This document shows positions 9,914 through 19,335 of a stretch of DNA of 64,000 nt, one piece after another. Positions within the stretch are counted from its first letter, which is position 1, and every line of letters begins with the position of its first letter. This stretch comes from an uncultured Bacteroidota bacterium (GTDB taxonomy: Bacteria; Bacteroidota; Ignavibacteria; UBA10030; UBA6906): contig CAVOYH010000003.1 in assembly GCA_963700635.1 (NCBI GenBank), positions 640,001-704,000 of the forward strand. Direction: 5' to 3'. Both the position numbers and the translations under genes were made by a program. Below the pieces are notes generated by a model, which was not told the DNA's origin, searched no databases, and saw nothing but the letters and a program-made list of their open reading frames with translations.

Positions 9914-12351
9914 TGAAGAAATCTCGCAGATCCCTCCGACACCCTCTGGAAATCACACAACCCGATCTCCGGTGGCGATGCACGCCTGCAATGATCGGCG
10001 TTGACCATGTTGAGGAAGTCACTCCCCTGGAAGACATCATAGGCCAGGATCGGGCGTTGCGGGCGCTGGCGCTGGGATTGGACATTCAACACAACGGCTA
10101 CAATGTCTTCGTGACCGGTCTCTCGGGGACCGGCCGGAAGACCACCATCAGGAGGCTCCTCCAGGAGATTGAGGGGCGCCCCGCACAGCTTACGGACAAA
10201 TGTTATGTCCACAATTTTCGTGACCCGGATTCTCCCATTATGATTACCCTGCCGGCGGGCAAGGGCATGGCATTTCGTAAGGACATGGCGGGGTTCCTGA
10301 CCGAACTCATCAAGTCCATCCCCGCCGTTTTCGAAAGTCGCCGGTACGCAGAACAGCGCAAAACATCCCTTGAACATTTTCAGCAGCGGCAACGAAGTGT
10401 TTTACGGGAATTTGAGAAACGCGTTAAGGAACAGGGATTCGAGGTAGTGCAGGTGCAGGCCGGCGGTGGAACCAGACCGGAAATTGCCCCCGTCTTTGAA
10501 GGAAGTCCCACCACCATGGAGCAACTCCACGCACGTGTTGATACTGGCGAGCTCACCGTGGAGGATCTGAAACGCATGGAAAGCCAGCATTCTGAACTCG
10601 AAAAGCAGATGGATCTCGTCATGCGCGAGATGCGTAATATCGAGCGGAAAGCCAAGAAGTCCCTGGAAGAGCTCAACCATAGAATTATCGTTCCCGTCGT
10701 CGAAGAATCACTGGAAGATCTCCGCCAGCGTTACCCCGTACAGCGTGTGGCGGAATACCTGAACGACGTCGAACGGAATATCCTTGAGAATCTACAGAGA
10801 TTCCAGCAGCGCGAGGAACACCAGCAGGCTCTCCTCTCCCTGGGATCCCCGAAGGAAGACGACACGTTTCAGGAATATCAGGTAAACGTCATTGTTGACA
10901 ATACCGATACACCGGGAACTCCGGTGATCATCGAGACAAATCCACGATTTAAGAATCTTTTCGGCACGATCGAGAGAGTTGTAGACCGGAACGGCTTGCT
11001 ACGATCCGATTTTACGCAGGTGAAGGCGGGATCAATGCTCAAAGCAGACGGCGGCTATCTGGTCATCAACGCCATCGATGCTCTCACGGAACCCGGCGTA
11101 TGGAACACTCTCAAACGCGTCCTGCGGAATCGTCAAATCGAAATTCAGTCCTATGAAACCGGATTTTTCGGGGTGAGTTCGGCACTAAAACCGGAATCGA
11201 TCGATATTAATGTGAAAGTTATCATGGTCGGGGATTCGTACATTTACCAGCTTCTGTTCGGACTTGACCAGGATTTTAAGAAGATTTTCAAGGTGCGGGC
11301 CGATTTTGATGTCGAAATGGCTAACGATGCAAAATCGATCAACTCCTATGTTTCCTTCATCAAGACCCTTTGCGAGCAGGAAAAACTTCTTCCGTTTGAA
11401 GTGGATGCTGCCGCGGAAGTGATTGAGTATGGGGCGCGTCTGGCCGGACAGCAGAAAAAGCTCACCACCCGGTTCAGTGTGCTTGCCGATGTTCTTCGTG
11501 AAGCAAGCTACTGGGCGGAAAAGCAGAACGCCCGGCGCGTCAGCGGAATGCATGTGCGCACGGCCATCCACGAACGTATCGAACGCGTGAACATGCTTGA
11601 GGAGAAAATCCAGGAGATGATCATGGATGGCTCCATCATGATCGACACGCAGAAAGAAGTGGTCGGACAGGTAAACGGACTTTCCGTGTATCAACTTGCA
11701 GAGCACGAGTTTGGACGGCCGTCGCGTATTACGGCCAAGACATCACTCGGGCGCGCCGGCATTATCAATATTGAACGTGAAGCATCAATGAGCGGACCTA
11801 CCCATAACAAGGGAGTGCTCATCCTGAGCGGCTATTTGCGGTCGAAGTATGCGCAGGATAAACCGCTCGTGCTGAGCGCAAGTCTTGCCTTCGAGCAGTC
11901 CTATTCCGGCGTTGACGGGGACAGCGCTTCGTCAACAGAAATATACGCTCTCCTCTCGAGCCTCTCCAACCTCCCCCTGCGACAGGATCTGGCGGTCACC
12001 GGGTCCGTGAACCAGCATGGTGATATCCAGCCGATCGGCGGCGTTAATCAGAAGATTGAGGGCTTCTTCGATGTCTGCAAGGCGCGGGGGCTCACCGGCA
12101 CACAGGGTGTCTTGATCCCAAAACAGAACGTACAGGATCTGATGTTGAGGCACGATGTAGTTGAAGCGGTGGAAAAGGGAGCGTTCCATGTGTACGCGAT
12201 TTCGACCATCGATGAGGGAATAGAACTCCTGACGGGTAACAAGGCGGGAACGCGCCAGTCCAACGGCCGGTTCCCCGCCAAGAGCATTCATGGCCTTGTG
12301 GATGCCAGGCTCCGCGAGTTTGCCCGCAAGAACAAGACGTATGGACGATGA
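9913..12351 (+). CDS. Lon-like protease, LonC/LonB-type (S16 family)
   Basis: Start MKKSRR at the TAATG overlap with the rodA stop. IIGQDRA, degenerate Walker A GLSGTGRKT, long coiled-coil insert, catalytic DGDSAS and GGVNQKIEG. Confidence 0.92.
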   Translation: MKKSRRSLRHPLEITQPDLRWRCTPAMIGVDHVEEVTPLEDIIGQDRALRALALGLDIQHNGYNVFVTGLSGTGRKTTIRRLLQEIEGRPAQLTDKCYVHNFRDPDSPIMITLPAGKGMAFRKDMAGFLTELIKSIPAVFESRRYAEQRKTSLEHFQQRQRSVLREFEKRVKEQGFEVVQVQAGGGTRPEIAPVFEGSPTTMEQLHARVDTGELTVEDLKRMESQHSELEKQMDLVMREMRNIERKAKKSLEELNHRIIVPVVEESLEDLRQRYPVQRVAEYLNDVERNILENLQRFQQREEHQQALLSLGSPKEDDTFQEYQVNVIVDNTDTPGTPVIIETNPRFKNLFGTIERVVDRNGLLRSDFTQVKAGSMLKADGGYLVINAIDALTEPGVWNTLKRVLRNRQIEIQSYETGFFGVSSALKPESIDINVKVIMVGDSYIYQLLFGLDQDFKKIFKVRADFDVEMANDAKSINSYVSFIKTLCEQEKLLPFEVDAAAEVIEYGARLAGQQKKLTTRFSVLADVLREASYWAEKQNARRVSGMHVRTAIHERIERVNMLEEKIQEMIMDGSIMIDTQKEVVGQVNGLSVYQLAEHEFGRPSRITAKTSLGRAGIINIEREASMSGPTHNKGVLILSGYLRSKYAQDKPLVLSASLAFEQSYSGVDGDSASSTEIYALLSSLSNLPLRQDLAVTGSVNQHGDIQPIGGVNQKIEGFFDVCKARGLTGTQGVLIPKQNVQDLMLRHDVVEAVEKGAFHVYAISTIDEGIELLTGNKAGTRQSNGRFPAKSIHGLVDARLREFARKNKTYGR

Positions 12352-13763
12352 AGAACGACGAGTTCCGGGCCTATGCGCACGAGCTGGTCGACTGGATGGC
12401 CGACTATCTAGACCAGGTTGAGCGCCTGCCCGTACAGCCCGATATCGCGCCACGCACTCTTCTTCAACAACTTCCTCTGGGTCCGCCGGAACACGGCGAG
12501 CCCTTTGCCGAGCTGTTCCGCGATTTCCGGGAGATCATCCTGCCGGGAATGACGCACTGGCAACACCCCTCTTTTTTCGCCTACTTCCCTGCGAATACAA
12601 GTCCGCCTTCGATCCTGGCCGAAATGTTAACGGCAACTCTTGGCGCCCAATGTATGAGCTGGGCAACCTCGCCTGCGGCAACCGAACTCGAAGAACGGAT
12701 GATGCAGTGGCTGCGTACAATGATCGGACTCCCGCCGACATTCACCGGCGTCCTGCAGGATACCGCATCCACGGCCACACTCTGCGCACTGCTCACCGCA
12801 CGCGAACGTCGATCCGGATTCCGGATCAATCAACGCGGCTACACTCCTGAAACGCGCTATACGGTGTACTGTTCCACCGAAGCACATTCGTCAATCGAGA
12901 AGGCAATCAAAATTGCCGGCCTGGGCAAGGAATACCTGCGCAAGATCCCGGTCGATAACGACTACGCGATGATCCCGGCGGCTCTCGAGGATGCCGTCAG
13001 CCGGGACATCCGGCTCGGGTATACCCCGCTCTGTGTCGTTGCAGCGGTCGGCACAACCGGTTCCACAGCACTCGATCCGATCCGGCCCATTGCTGAATTC
13101 TGCAAGAGCCAGAACGTCTGGCTCCATGTCGATGCCGCATTCGCCGGGTCTGCACTGATCCTTCCCGAATTCCGATGGATTGCCGACGGTGTGGAGGAGG
13201 CGGATTCCTTTGTGTTTAACCCCCACAAGTGGCTGCTCACAAATTTTGACTGTTCCGCATACTTCGTGCGCGACGAAGAGGCTCTGGTACGCACCTTTGA
13301 GATTCTCCCGGAATATCTGAAAACAACGGAAGGTGGCCGGGTTAATAACTATCGCGACTGGGGGATCCAGCTTGGCAGACGGTTCCGCGCGTTGAAGCTC
13401 TGGTTTGTAATCCGGACATACGGCGTGGAAGGTCTCCAACAAATTGTTCGCACCCACATTACGATGGCCCGGCGATTGGCGGAGATCATACGATCAACCT
13501 CCGACTTCGAGCTGCTTGCACCCGCGCCGCTTAATCTTGTCTGTTTCCGCTATGCCCCCCCCGGGGTCACGGATCCTTCGACTCTTGACGCCCTCAACGC
13601 CCGATTGCTGGATACGCTGAACCGGTCAGGGCAAATGTTCCTCTCACATACGCGGTTGTCCGGCAACTATACGCTCCGCCTTGTCATCGGCCAGACGAAC
13701 GTTCTGCAACGTCATATCGATGACGCCTGGGCCCGCGTTGTAACAACCGCAAGGGCTTTGTAA
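12348..13763 (+). CDS. ddc: group II PLP-dependent aromatic-L-amino-acid decarboxylase
   Basis: THWQHPSFFAYFP, SPAATELE, HVDAAFAG, NPHKW (PLP Lys), GRRFRALKLW. Confidence 0.92.
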   Translation: MKNDEFRAYAHELVDWMADYLDQVERLPVQPDIAPRTLLQQLPLGPPEHGEPFAELFRDFREIILPGMTHWQHPSFFAYFPANTSPPSILAEMLTATLGAQCMSWATSPAATELEERMMQWLRTMIGLPPTFTGVLQDTASTATLCALLTARERRSGFRINQRGYTPETRYTVYCSTEAHSSIEKAIKIAGLGKEYLRKIPVDNDYAMIPAALEDAVSRDIRLGYTPLCVVAAVGTTGSTALDPIRPIAEFCKSQNVWLHVDAAFAGSALILPEFRWIADGVEEADSFVFNPHKWLLTNFDCSAYFVRDEEALVRTFEILPEYLKTTEGGRVNNYRDWGIQLGRRFRALKLWFVIRTYGVEGLQQIVRTHITMARRLAEIIRSTSDFELLAPAPLNLVCFRYAPPGVTDPSTLDALNARLLDTLNRSGQMFLSHTRLSGNYTLRLVIGQTNVLQRHIDDAWARVVTTARAL

Positions 13764-13777
13764 TCCGCTTTTGGGTT

Positions 13778-13806
13778 TTGCCCCCCTTTTTTGTTTATTA
13801 TATATT
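13778..13806 (+). promoter_or_regulatory. sigma70-type promoter for dcd and the S9 peptidase
   Basis: TTGCCC-17 nt-TATATT. Confidence 0.55.
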
Positions 13807-13838
13807 CAGGTTTTCCTCCTTCCCTGCCATGGACTCAC

Positions 13839-14390
13839 ATGATACTCACGGACACACAGATACGCGATGAACTCCAAAAAGGGTCAATTGTCATCGATCC
13901 TTTTGACCCGGACTGCCTCGGGTCGAACTCCTATGATGTGCATCTGGGCCGAACACTCGCTCTGTACAAGGACGATGTGCTTGACGCCCGTGTTCACAAC
14001 ACCGTTGAGTATCTGACCATACCCGACGAGGGGATGATCCTGCTCCCGCAGCGATTTTATCTCGGAGTCACCGAAGAGTACACCGAAACTCACCGCCACG
14101 TGCCATTCCTTGAAGGAAAAAGCAGCATCGGACGGCTTGGGATTGATATCCATGCGACGGCGGGCAAGGGGGATATCGGTTTTTGCAACACCTGGACGCT
14201 GGAGATTTCCGTCAAACAACCCGTTCGCGTTTACCATGCAATGCCTATCGGACAGTTGATCTACTTTGAAGTGTCGGGCTCTCCCGCAACACCATATCGG
14301 CAGAAAGCGGGGGCAAAATATGCCGAACGAACTGACAAACCCGTCGAATCCATGATGTGGAAAAACTTCCTTCCCAAGGAGCGACCATGA
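13839..14390 (+). CDS. dcd: dCTP deaminase
   Basis: MILTD, SYDVHLG, EGKSSIGRLG, TLEI, IGQL; start at ATG 13839. Confidence 0.93.
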   Translation: MILTDTQIRDELQKGSIVIDPFDPDCLGSNSYDVHLGRTLALYKDDVLDARVHNTVEYLTIPDEGMILLPQRFYLGVTEEYTETHRHVPFLEGKSSIGRLGIDIHATAGKGDIGFCNTWTLEISVKQPVRVYHAMPIGQLIYFEVSGSPATPYRQKAGAKYAERTDKPVESMMWKNFLPKERP

Positions 14391-16459
14391 AATGTACCCT
14401 GCGCACCGTTGCTTTTGGTGTTGTTCTCCTGTCCTTTGCTGCGACCGTGTCAACCAGCGCCCAGGAAAGACATCCACTTACCATCGGGGACATGGGCACC
14501 ATGAAGCGGATCGCTTCCCCCGCTCTGTCGCCGGACGGGAAATGGGTGGCGTACACGCTGACCACTCCCAATGTTCAGGAGAATAAGAACAGTTCTGACC
14601 TCTGGATTTCTTCCATCGATGGGTCGGTCCACCGTCAACTAACCACCCACCCGGCGTCTGACCGCGTTCCATCGTGGTCTCCCGATGGTAAATGGATCGC
14701 ATTTGAATCAACACGTTCAGGCGAGAACCAGATCTGGTTGATCAGTCCGACGGGCGGAGAACCACGGCAGTTTACAACTCTCTCGACGGGTGCCTCACAG
14801 GCAGTCTGGTCTCCGGACGGCTCCCTGATGGCCTACATTTCCGACGTATTTCCGGAATACTCCGACAAACCTTTCAACGAGAGTGATGGACTCAACAGAA
14901 TCAAGCTAAAGGAGTTAAAAGACGGAAAGATCAAAGCACAGGTGTTCACCCGCTTGTTGTACCGGCACTGGGATAGCTGGGTGCAGGGGAAACGGCGGCA
15001 CCTGTTCATCCAACCCCTCGCGGGCGGGGAGCCGCGTAATCTTACTCCCGGAGATCGGGACGCCGTGCCCACCTCATCGACATTCTCGGCCGGCGTGGAC
15101 TATTCTTTTTCTCCCGATGTCAAAGAAATTGCCTATACAGCTACGCCGGTTCCGGTACGGGAAGAGGCGTGGAGCACCAACCACGACATTTATATCGTTC
15201 CACTTACAGGAGGAGCGCCGCGACAGCTTACCACCAATCCTGCTGCTGACGGATATCCGCAGTACTCCCCTGACGGCAAGTACATTGCCTATCGGGCACA
15301 ACAGCGTTCGGGGTTCGAGGCAGACCGCTGGCAACTCATGTTGTATGATCGGTCAACAGGAGCGGTGAGAAGTCTGACGCCGGCTTTTGATGCCTCCGTA
15401 GGAACTCCACTCTGGTCACCTGACAGCAGACAATTATATTTTGATGCCGAAGAACGGGCACGCACACCGATATTTGTTGTTTCGATAAAGGGGAGTGATG
15501 TGAGTAAGGTCGTTGACGGACGCACCAATCACGACATCAACATTTCACCCGATGGCTCGTTCCTGGTCTTCACTCGAGTCGGCGCTACGCGTCCGTCGGA
15601 GATCTACCGTGCGGGAACAAACGGTCAGGGGATCCGCCCGGTAACCGTCGTCAATGACGCGGTGTTTGCCAGGCTTGTCATCCCGGAACCGGAGTCTATC
15701 ACCTTCGCCGGCGCCGACGGTGCACGGATACAGGCCTGGGTTCACAAACCACCCCGGTTTGACCCAGCGAAGAAGTATCCGCTGGTGATGATGATCCATG
15801 GCGGTCCGCAGGGAGCCTGGGGAGACAGCTGGTCGTATCGATGGAATCCACCTCTCTGGGCCGCTCAGGGGTATGTGGTTCTCGCCCCGAATCCACGTGG
15901 AAGTACCGGCTTCGGCCAGAAGTTCACCGATGAAATCAGCGGAGATTGGGGTGGAAAGGTATTCGTTGATCTCATGAAAGGGCTGGATACCGTCTCCACA
16001 TTCTCCTACGTTGACTCGACACGCAGGGGCGCTGCAGGTGCTTCGTTTGGCGGATATATGGTGAACTGGATTCTCGGACATGCCGGCGACCGGTTTAAGG
16101 CCCTGGTGACGCATGATGGCGTCTACAACTTCGAGAGTATGTATGGTTCGACCGACGAAATCTGGTTCGACGAGTGGGATCACAGCGGCACACCGTGGGA
16201 CAAACCCGAAGACTACAGGAAGTTTTCACCGCACGTCTATGCAAAAAATTTCCGCACCCCCACCCTTGTCATCCACGGCGCCCTGGATTACCGGATCCCA
16301 TACTCGGAGGCGATGCAGCTGTTCACGGCTTTACAGCGACAGGATGTTCCATCACAATTCCTGTATTTTCCCGATGAAAACCACTGGGTGTTAAAGCCGG
16401 CAAACAGCGAGTTGTGGCACCGCACGGTCTTTGGGTGGCTGGCGACATATTTGCGGTGA
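14387..16459 (+). CDS. secreted S9 family (prolyl oligopeptidase/acylaminoacyl) peptidase with PD40 repeats
   Basis: Signal peptide, repeated WSPDG units, IHGGP, GASFGG nucleophile elbow, HGALDYR, FPDENHW. Confidence 0.93.
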   Translation: MKCTLRTVAFGVVLLSFAATVSTSAQERHPLTIGDMGTMKRIASPALSPDGKWVAYTLTTPNVQENKNSSDLWISSIDGSVHRQLTTHPASDRVPSWSPDGKWIAFESTRSGENQIWLISPTGGEPRQFTTLSTGASQAVWSPDGSLMAYISDVFPEYSDKPFNESDGLNRIKLKELKDGKIKAQVFTRLLYRHWDSWVQGKRRHLFIQPLAGGEPRNLTPGDRDAVPTSSTFSAGVDYSFSPDVKEIAYTATPVPVREEAWSTNHDIYIVPLTGGAPRQLTTNPAADGYPQYSPDGKYIAYRAQQRSGFEADRWQLMLYDRSTGAVRSLTPAFDASVGTPLWSPDSRQLYFDAEERARTPIFVVSIKGSDVSKVVDGRTNHDINISPDGSFLVFTRVGATRPSEIYRAGTNGQGIRPVTVVNDAVFARLVIPEPESITFAGADGARIQAWVHKPPRFDPAKKYPLVMMIHGGPQGAWGDSWSYRWNPPLWAAQGYVVLAPNPRGSTGFGQKFTDEISGDWGGKVFVDLMKGLDTVSTFSYVDSTRRGAAGASFGGYMVNWILGHAGDRFKALVTHDGVYNFESMYGSTDEIWFDEWDHSGTPWDKPEDYRKFSPHVYAKNFRTPTLVIHGALDYRIPYSEAMQLFTALQRQDVPSQFLYFPDENHWVLKPANSELWHRTVFGWLATYLR

Positions 16460-16542
16460 TACGTATCGAACTATCCGATCATCGAACGTGTTGAGTACAT
16501 ACCCAAGGTGGGTCCACGTGTACATATCAGAAGGAGCATACC

Positions 16543-17007
16543 ATGAAAGAGCAATATCGTAAACAGATTATTGAGATGTTGATTAAGGCGTACTGGATGG
16601 AAATCGAAACCGTCACAAACTATATTGCAAATTCTGTCAATCTGGATGGTGTCCGCGCCGAAGAGATCAAGAAGAGTCTGGCTGCAGATATTGTCGCGGA
16701 ATTGACGCACGCGCAGACGCTCGCCAGGAGAATCAAGCAGGTAGGCGGGCAGGTTCCGGGGTCAATGGGGTTCCGTCCGGACCAGAAATCCCTTCAACCA
16801 CCAGTTGACACAACGGATGTCGTTGCAGTGATCCGGGGGGTCATCGAGGCCGAAGACGGAGCCATCGAGCATTACGGCAAACTGATCGAACTTGCCGGCG
16901 AAGCTGCAGACTATGTTACCCAGGACCTGTGCATCACCACGCTTGCAGATGAAGAAGGCCACCGGGTTGAGTTCGCCGGCTTTCTGAAAGAATACGCCAA
17001 ATCATAA
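16543..17007 (+). CDS. ferritin-like (bacterioferritin/DPSL-type) di-iron protein
   Basis: Four-helix di-iron pattern E..ExxH (ELTHA) and E..ExxH (DEEGH); strong AAGGAG RBS. Confidence 0.85.
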   Translation: MKEQYRKQIIEMLIKAYWMEIETVTNYIANSVNLDGVRAEEIKKSLAADIVAELTHAQTLARRIKQVGGQVPGSMGFRPDQKSLQPPVDTTDVVAVIRGVIEAEDGAIEHYGKLIELAGEAADYVTQDLCITTLADEEGHRVEFAGFLKEYAKS

Positions 17008-17023
17008 TGTAAGGAGTACACCC

Positions 17024-18616
17024 ATGCAACAACATGGCACAGGAGCATCTTCCCTTGAACACCTCGGCCTCCGTAATCTCGGGAACGTGTATTGGAATCT
17101 GGCGTCACCGACACTCTATGAAGAGGTGGTCCGCCGCCGTGAAGGGTGGATTTCTCATCTCGGGCCTCTCCTTGTACGGACCGGCCACCACACAGGGCGA
17201 TCACCGAATGACAAGTTTATCGTCCGGGAACCATCCAGCGAACACAAAATCGCCTGGGGAAAGGTTAACCAGCCGATGGACGAAGCCAAGTTCAACGGAC
17301 TGTACGCCAAACTGTGTTCGAGCTTCCAGGGCCGTGATGTGTTTGTGCAGAACCTGTATGCGGGGGCAGATCCGCGCTACCGGATACCGGTGCGTGTGGT
17401 AACCGAGTACGCCTGGCATAACCTGTTTGCACGAAACCTGCTCATCAGGCCTGACGAGCCGGTTATCCACACTTCTCCGGAGACATGGACCATCATCGAT
17501 TCTCCACGGTATCACGCCGTACCGGACGTTGATGGTACCCGGTCAGAGGTGTTTGTTGTCCTTAACCTTGCGAAGAAGCTTGTGATTATCGGCGGAACGA
17601 GTTACGGCGGAGAAATCAAGAAGAGCGTGTTCACCATCCTGAATTACCTTCTCCCCGGTCAGGGTGTTCTTCCCATGCACTGTTCGGCAAACGTGGGCCC
17701 TGAGGGCGATTCTGCCCTGTTTTTCGGTCTTTCCGGCACGGGTAAGACCACTCTCTCGGCTGACCCGGAGCGTGCGCTTGTCGGGGACGATGAACACGGC
17801 TGGAGCGACAACGGGGTATTCAACTTTGAGGGCGGATGTTATGCCAAAGTGATCCGGCTCTCCTCCGAAGCGGAACCAGATATCTACGAGACCACCCGTA
17901 TGTTTGGCACCGTTCTGGAAAACGTCGTGATGAATTCTGACGACCGGCATATTGACCTGGACGATTACTCACTGACAGAGAACACCCGGGCTGCATACCC
18001 ATTATCTCATATTACCAACATCGTCCCGTCCGGCATGGCAGATCATCCACGAAATCTGATCATGCTTACAGCTGATGCATTTGGCGTGCTTCCTCCGGTT
18101 TCAAAATTGACACCTGAACAGGCAATGTATCATTTTCTCTCAGGATACACTGCGAAAGTGGCGGGAACAGAAAAAGGGGTGACCGAACCGCAGGCGACAT
18201 TCAGCACCTGCTTTGGAGCTCCGTTTATGCCCATCGCACCCACGGTGTATGCAACGATGCTCGGCGAACGCCTGGCCAAACACAACGTTCATGCGTGGTT
18301 GATAAACACCGGATGGACCGGTGGCCCGTATGGCACGGGGAAGAGGATAAGCATTGCTCACACGCGCGCCATCGTACGCGCGACATTGAGTGGCGCTCTT
18401 GCCCGCGTCGCCACAGAAGCTGACCCGCTGTTTGGGTTACAGATTCCCGCCAGCGTTCCGGGCGTCCCGCAGGAGGTGTTGAATCCGCGCTCAACATGGC
18501 ACGATACTGCAGCGTATGATACCAAAGCGCGCGAGCTTGCAGAACGGTTCAAGAAGAACTTCGAACAGTTCGCGTCCGCGGTACCGCCGGCGGTGCGTGC
18601 TGCCGGACCGAAGTAA
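17024..18616 (+). CDS. pckA: phosphoenolpyruvate carboxykinase (ATP)
   Basis: TGRSPNDKF, GEIKK, MHCSAN, GLSGTGKTTLS, GDDEHGW, NFEGGCYAK, NTGWTGG. Confidence 0.97.
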   Translation: MQQHGTGASSLEHLGLRNLGNVYWNLASPTLYEEVVRRREGWISHLGPLLVRTGHHTGRSPNDKFIVREPSSEHKIAWGKVNQPMDEAKFNGLYAKLCSSFQGRDVFVQNLYAGADPRYRIPVRVVTEYAWHNLFARNLLIRPDEPVIHTSPETWTIIDSPRYHAVPDVDGTRSEVFVVLNLAKKLVIIGGTSYGGEIKKSVFTILNYLLPGQGVLPMHCSANVGPEGDSALFFGLSGTGKTTLSADPERALVGDDEHGWSDNGVFNFEGGCYAKVIRLSSEAEPDIYETTRMFGTVLENVVMNSDDRHIDLDDYSLTENTRAAYPLSHITNIVPSGMADHPRNLIMLTADAFGVLPPVSKLTPEQAMYHFLSGYTAKVAGTEKGVTEPQATFSTCFGAPFMPIAPTVYATMLGERLAKHNVHAWLINTGWTGGPYGTGKRISIAHTRAIVRATLSGALARVATEADPLFGLQIPASVPGVPQEVLNPRSTWHDTAAYDTKARELAERFKKNFEQFASAVPPAVRAAGPK

Positions 18617-18622
18617 CATACG

Positions 18623-19279
18623 ATGAAGACCATTTCCACAACCCTATTTCACCGGATTATTCCTCCCGGGAATCCCGGTGCCGGCCCCCATCCGGCGCTC
18701 CTGCTCCTGCACGGAAGAGGGGCAGATGAAGAGGATCTGCTGGGTCTGGCGTCCGCGTTTGATGACCGGTTCTTCATTATCAGTGTACGCGCACCGTTTT
18801 CATACGAATTCGGCGGCTACACCTGGTATGAATTCGGTCCCGGAGGGGCTCCTGAACCGGGTATGTTTCGCAAGAGCTGCGACAGTCTTTCTCAATTTCT
18901 CGACGACATCCGCACACACTACCCGATCGATCCGGCCAGGGTGTTTCTGTTTGGCTTCAGCATGGGATCCGCAATGGCATTCGGGATCGCTCTTTCACGG
19001 CCACGCGATGTGAGGGGTGTTTCGGCAAACAGCGGGTACGTACCTGAGGGAACACATTTGTCTTTGTGCTGGCGGGAACTCGAAGGCACAGCGTTTTTTA
19101 TCACCCACGGAGCACTTGACCCGGTCATTCCGATCGACGCCGCGCGGCATACCCGTGTCCTCTTCGAACAATCCAACGCGCCGTTTCTGTACCGGGAATA
19201 CCCTGCCGCACATCAAATGACTGATTCCTGTGTGGCAGACATTGCGGAGTGGTTGCGCGTGATGCTTGAGACCCGTTGA
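18623..19279 (+). CDS. alpha/beta hydrolase (phospholipase/carboxylesterase)
   Basis: LLHGRG, GFSMG, HGALDPV, terminal His (AAHQ). Confidence 0.88.
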   Translation: MKTISTTLFHRIIPPGNPGAGPHPALLLLHGRGADEEDLLGLASAFDDRFFIISVRAPFSYEFGGYTWYEFGPGGAPEPGMFRKSCDSLSQFLDDIRTHYPIDPARVFLFGFSMGSAMAFGIALSRPRDVRGVSANSGYVPEGTHLSLCWRELEGTAFFITHGALDPVIPIDAARHTRVLFEQSNAPFLYREYPAAHQMTDSCVADIAEWLRVMLETR

Positions 19280-19291
19280 TCCCCTGAGCGC

Positions 19292-19320
19292 CGGGGGATG
19301 CCCCGATGGAGCATCCCCCG
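19292..19320. terminator. GC-rich stem-loop between convergent genes
   Basis: CGGGGGATGC-9 nt-GCATCCCCCG, a perfect 10-bp stem with no U-tract. Confidence 0.5.
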
Positions 19321-19335
19321 CACCAGGCAGCGGTA

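Noticed and set aside
14520-15560. Repeated WSPDG-encoding segments as a DNA repeat or CRISPR-like array
   Set aside because: These are protein-level PD40 propeller repeats inside the S9 peptidase. No identical spaced DNA repeats or cas genes were seen.
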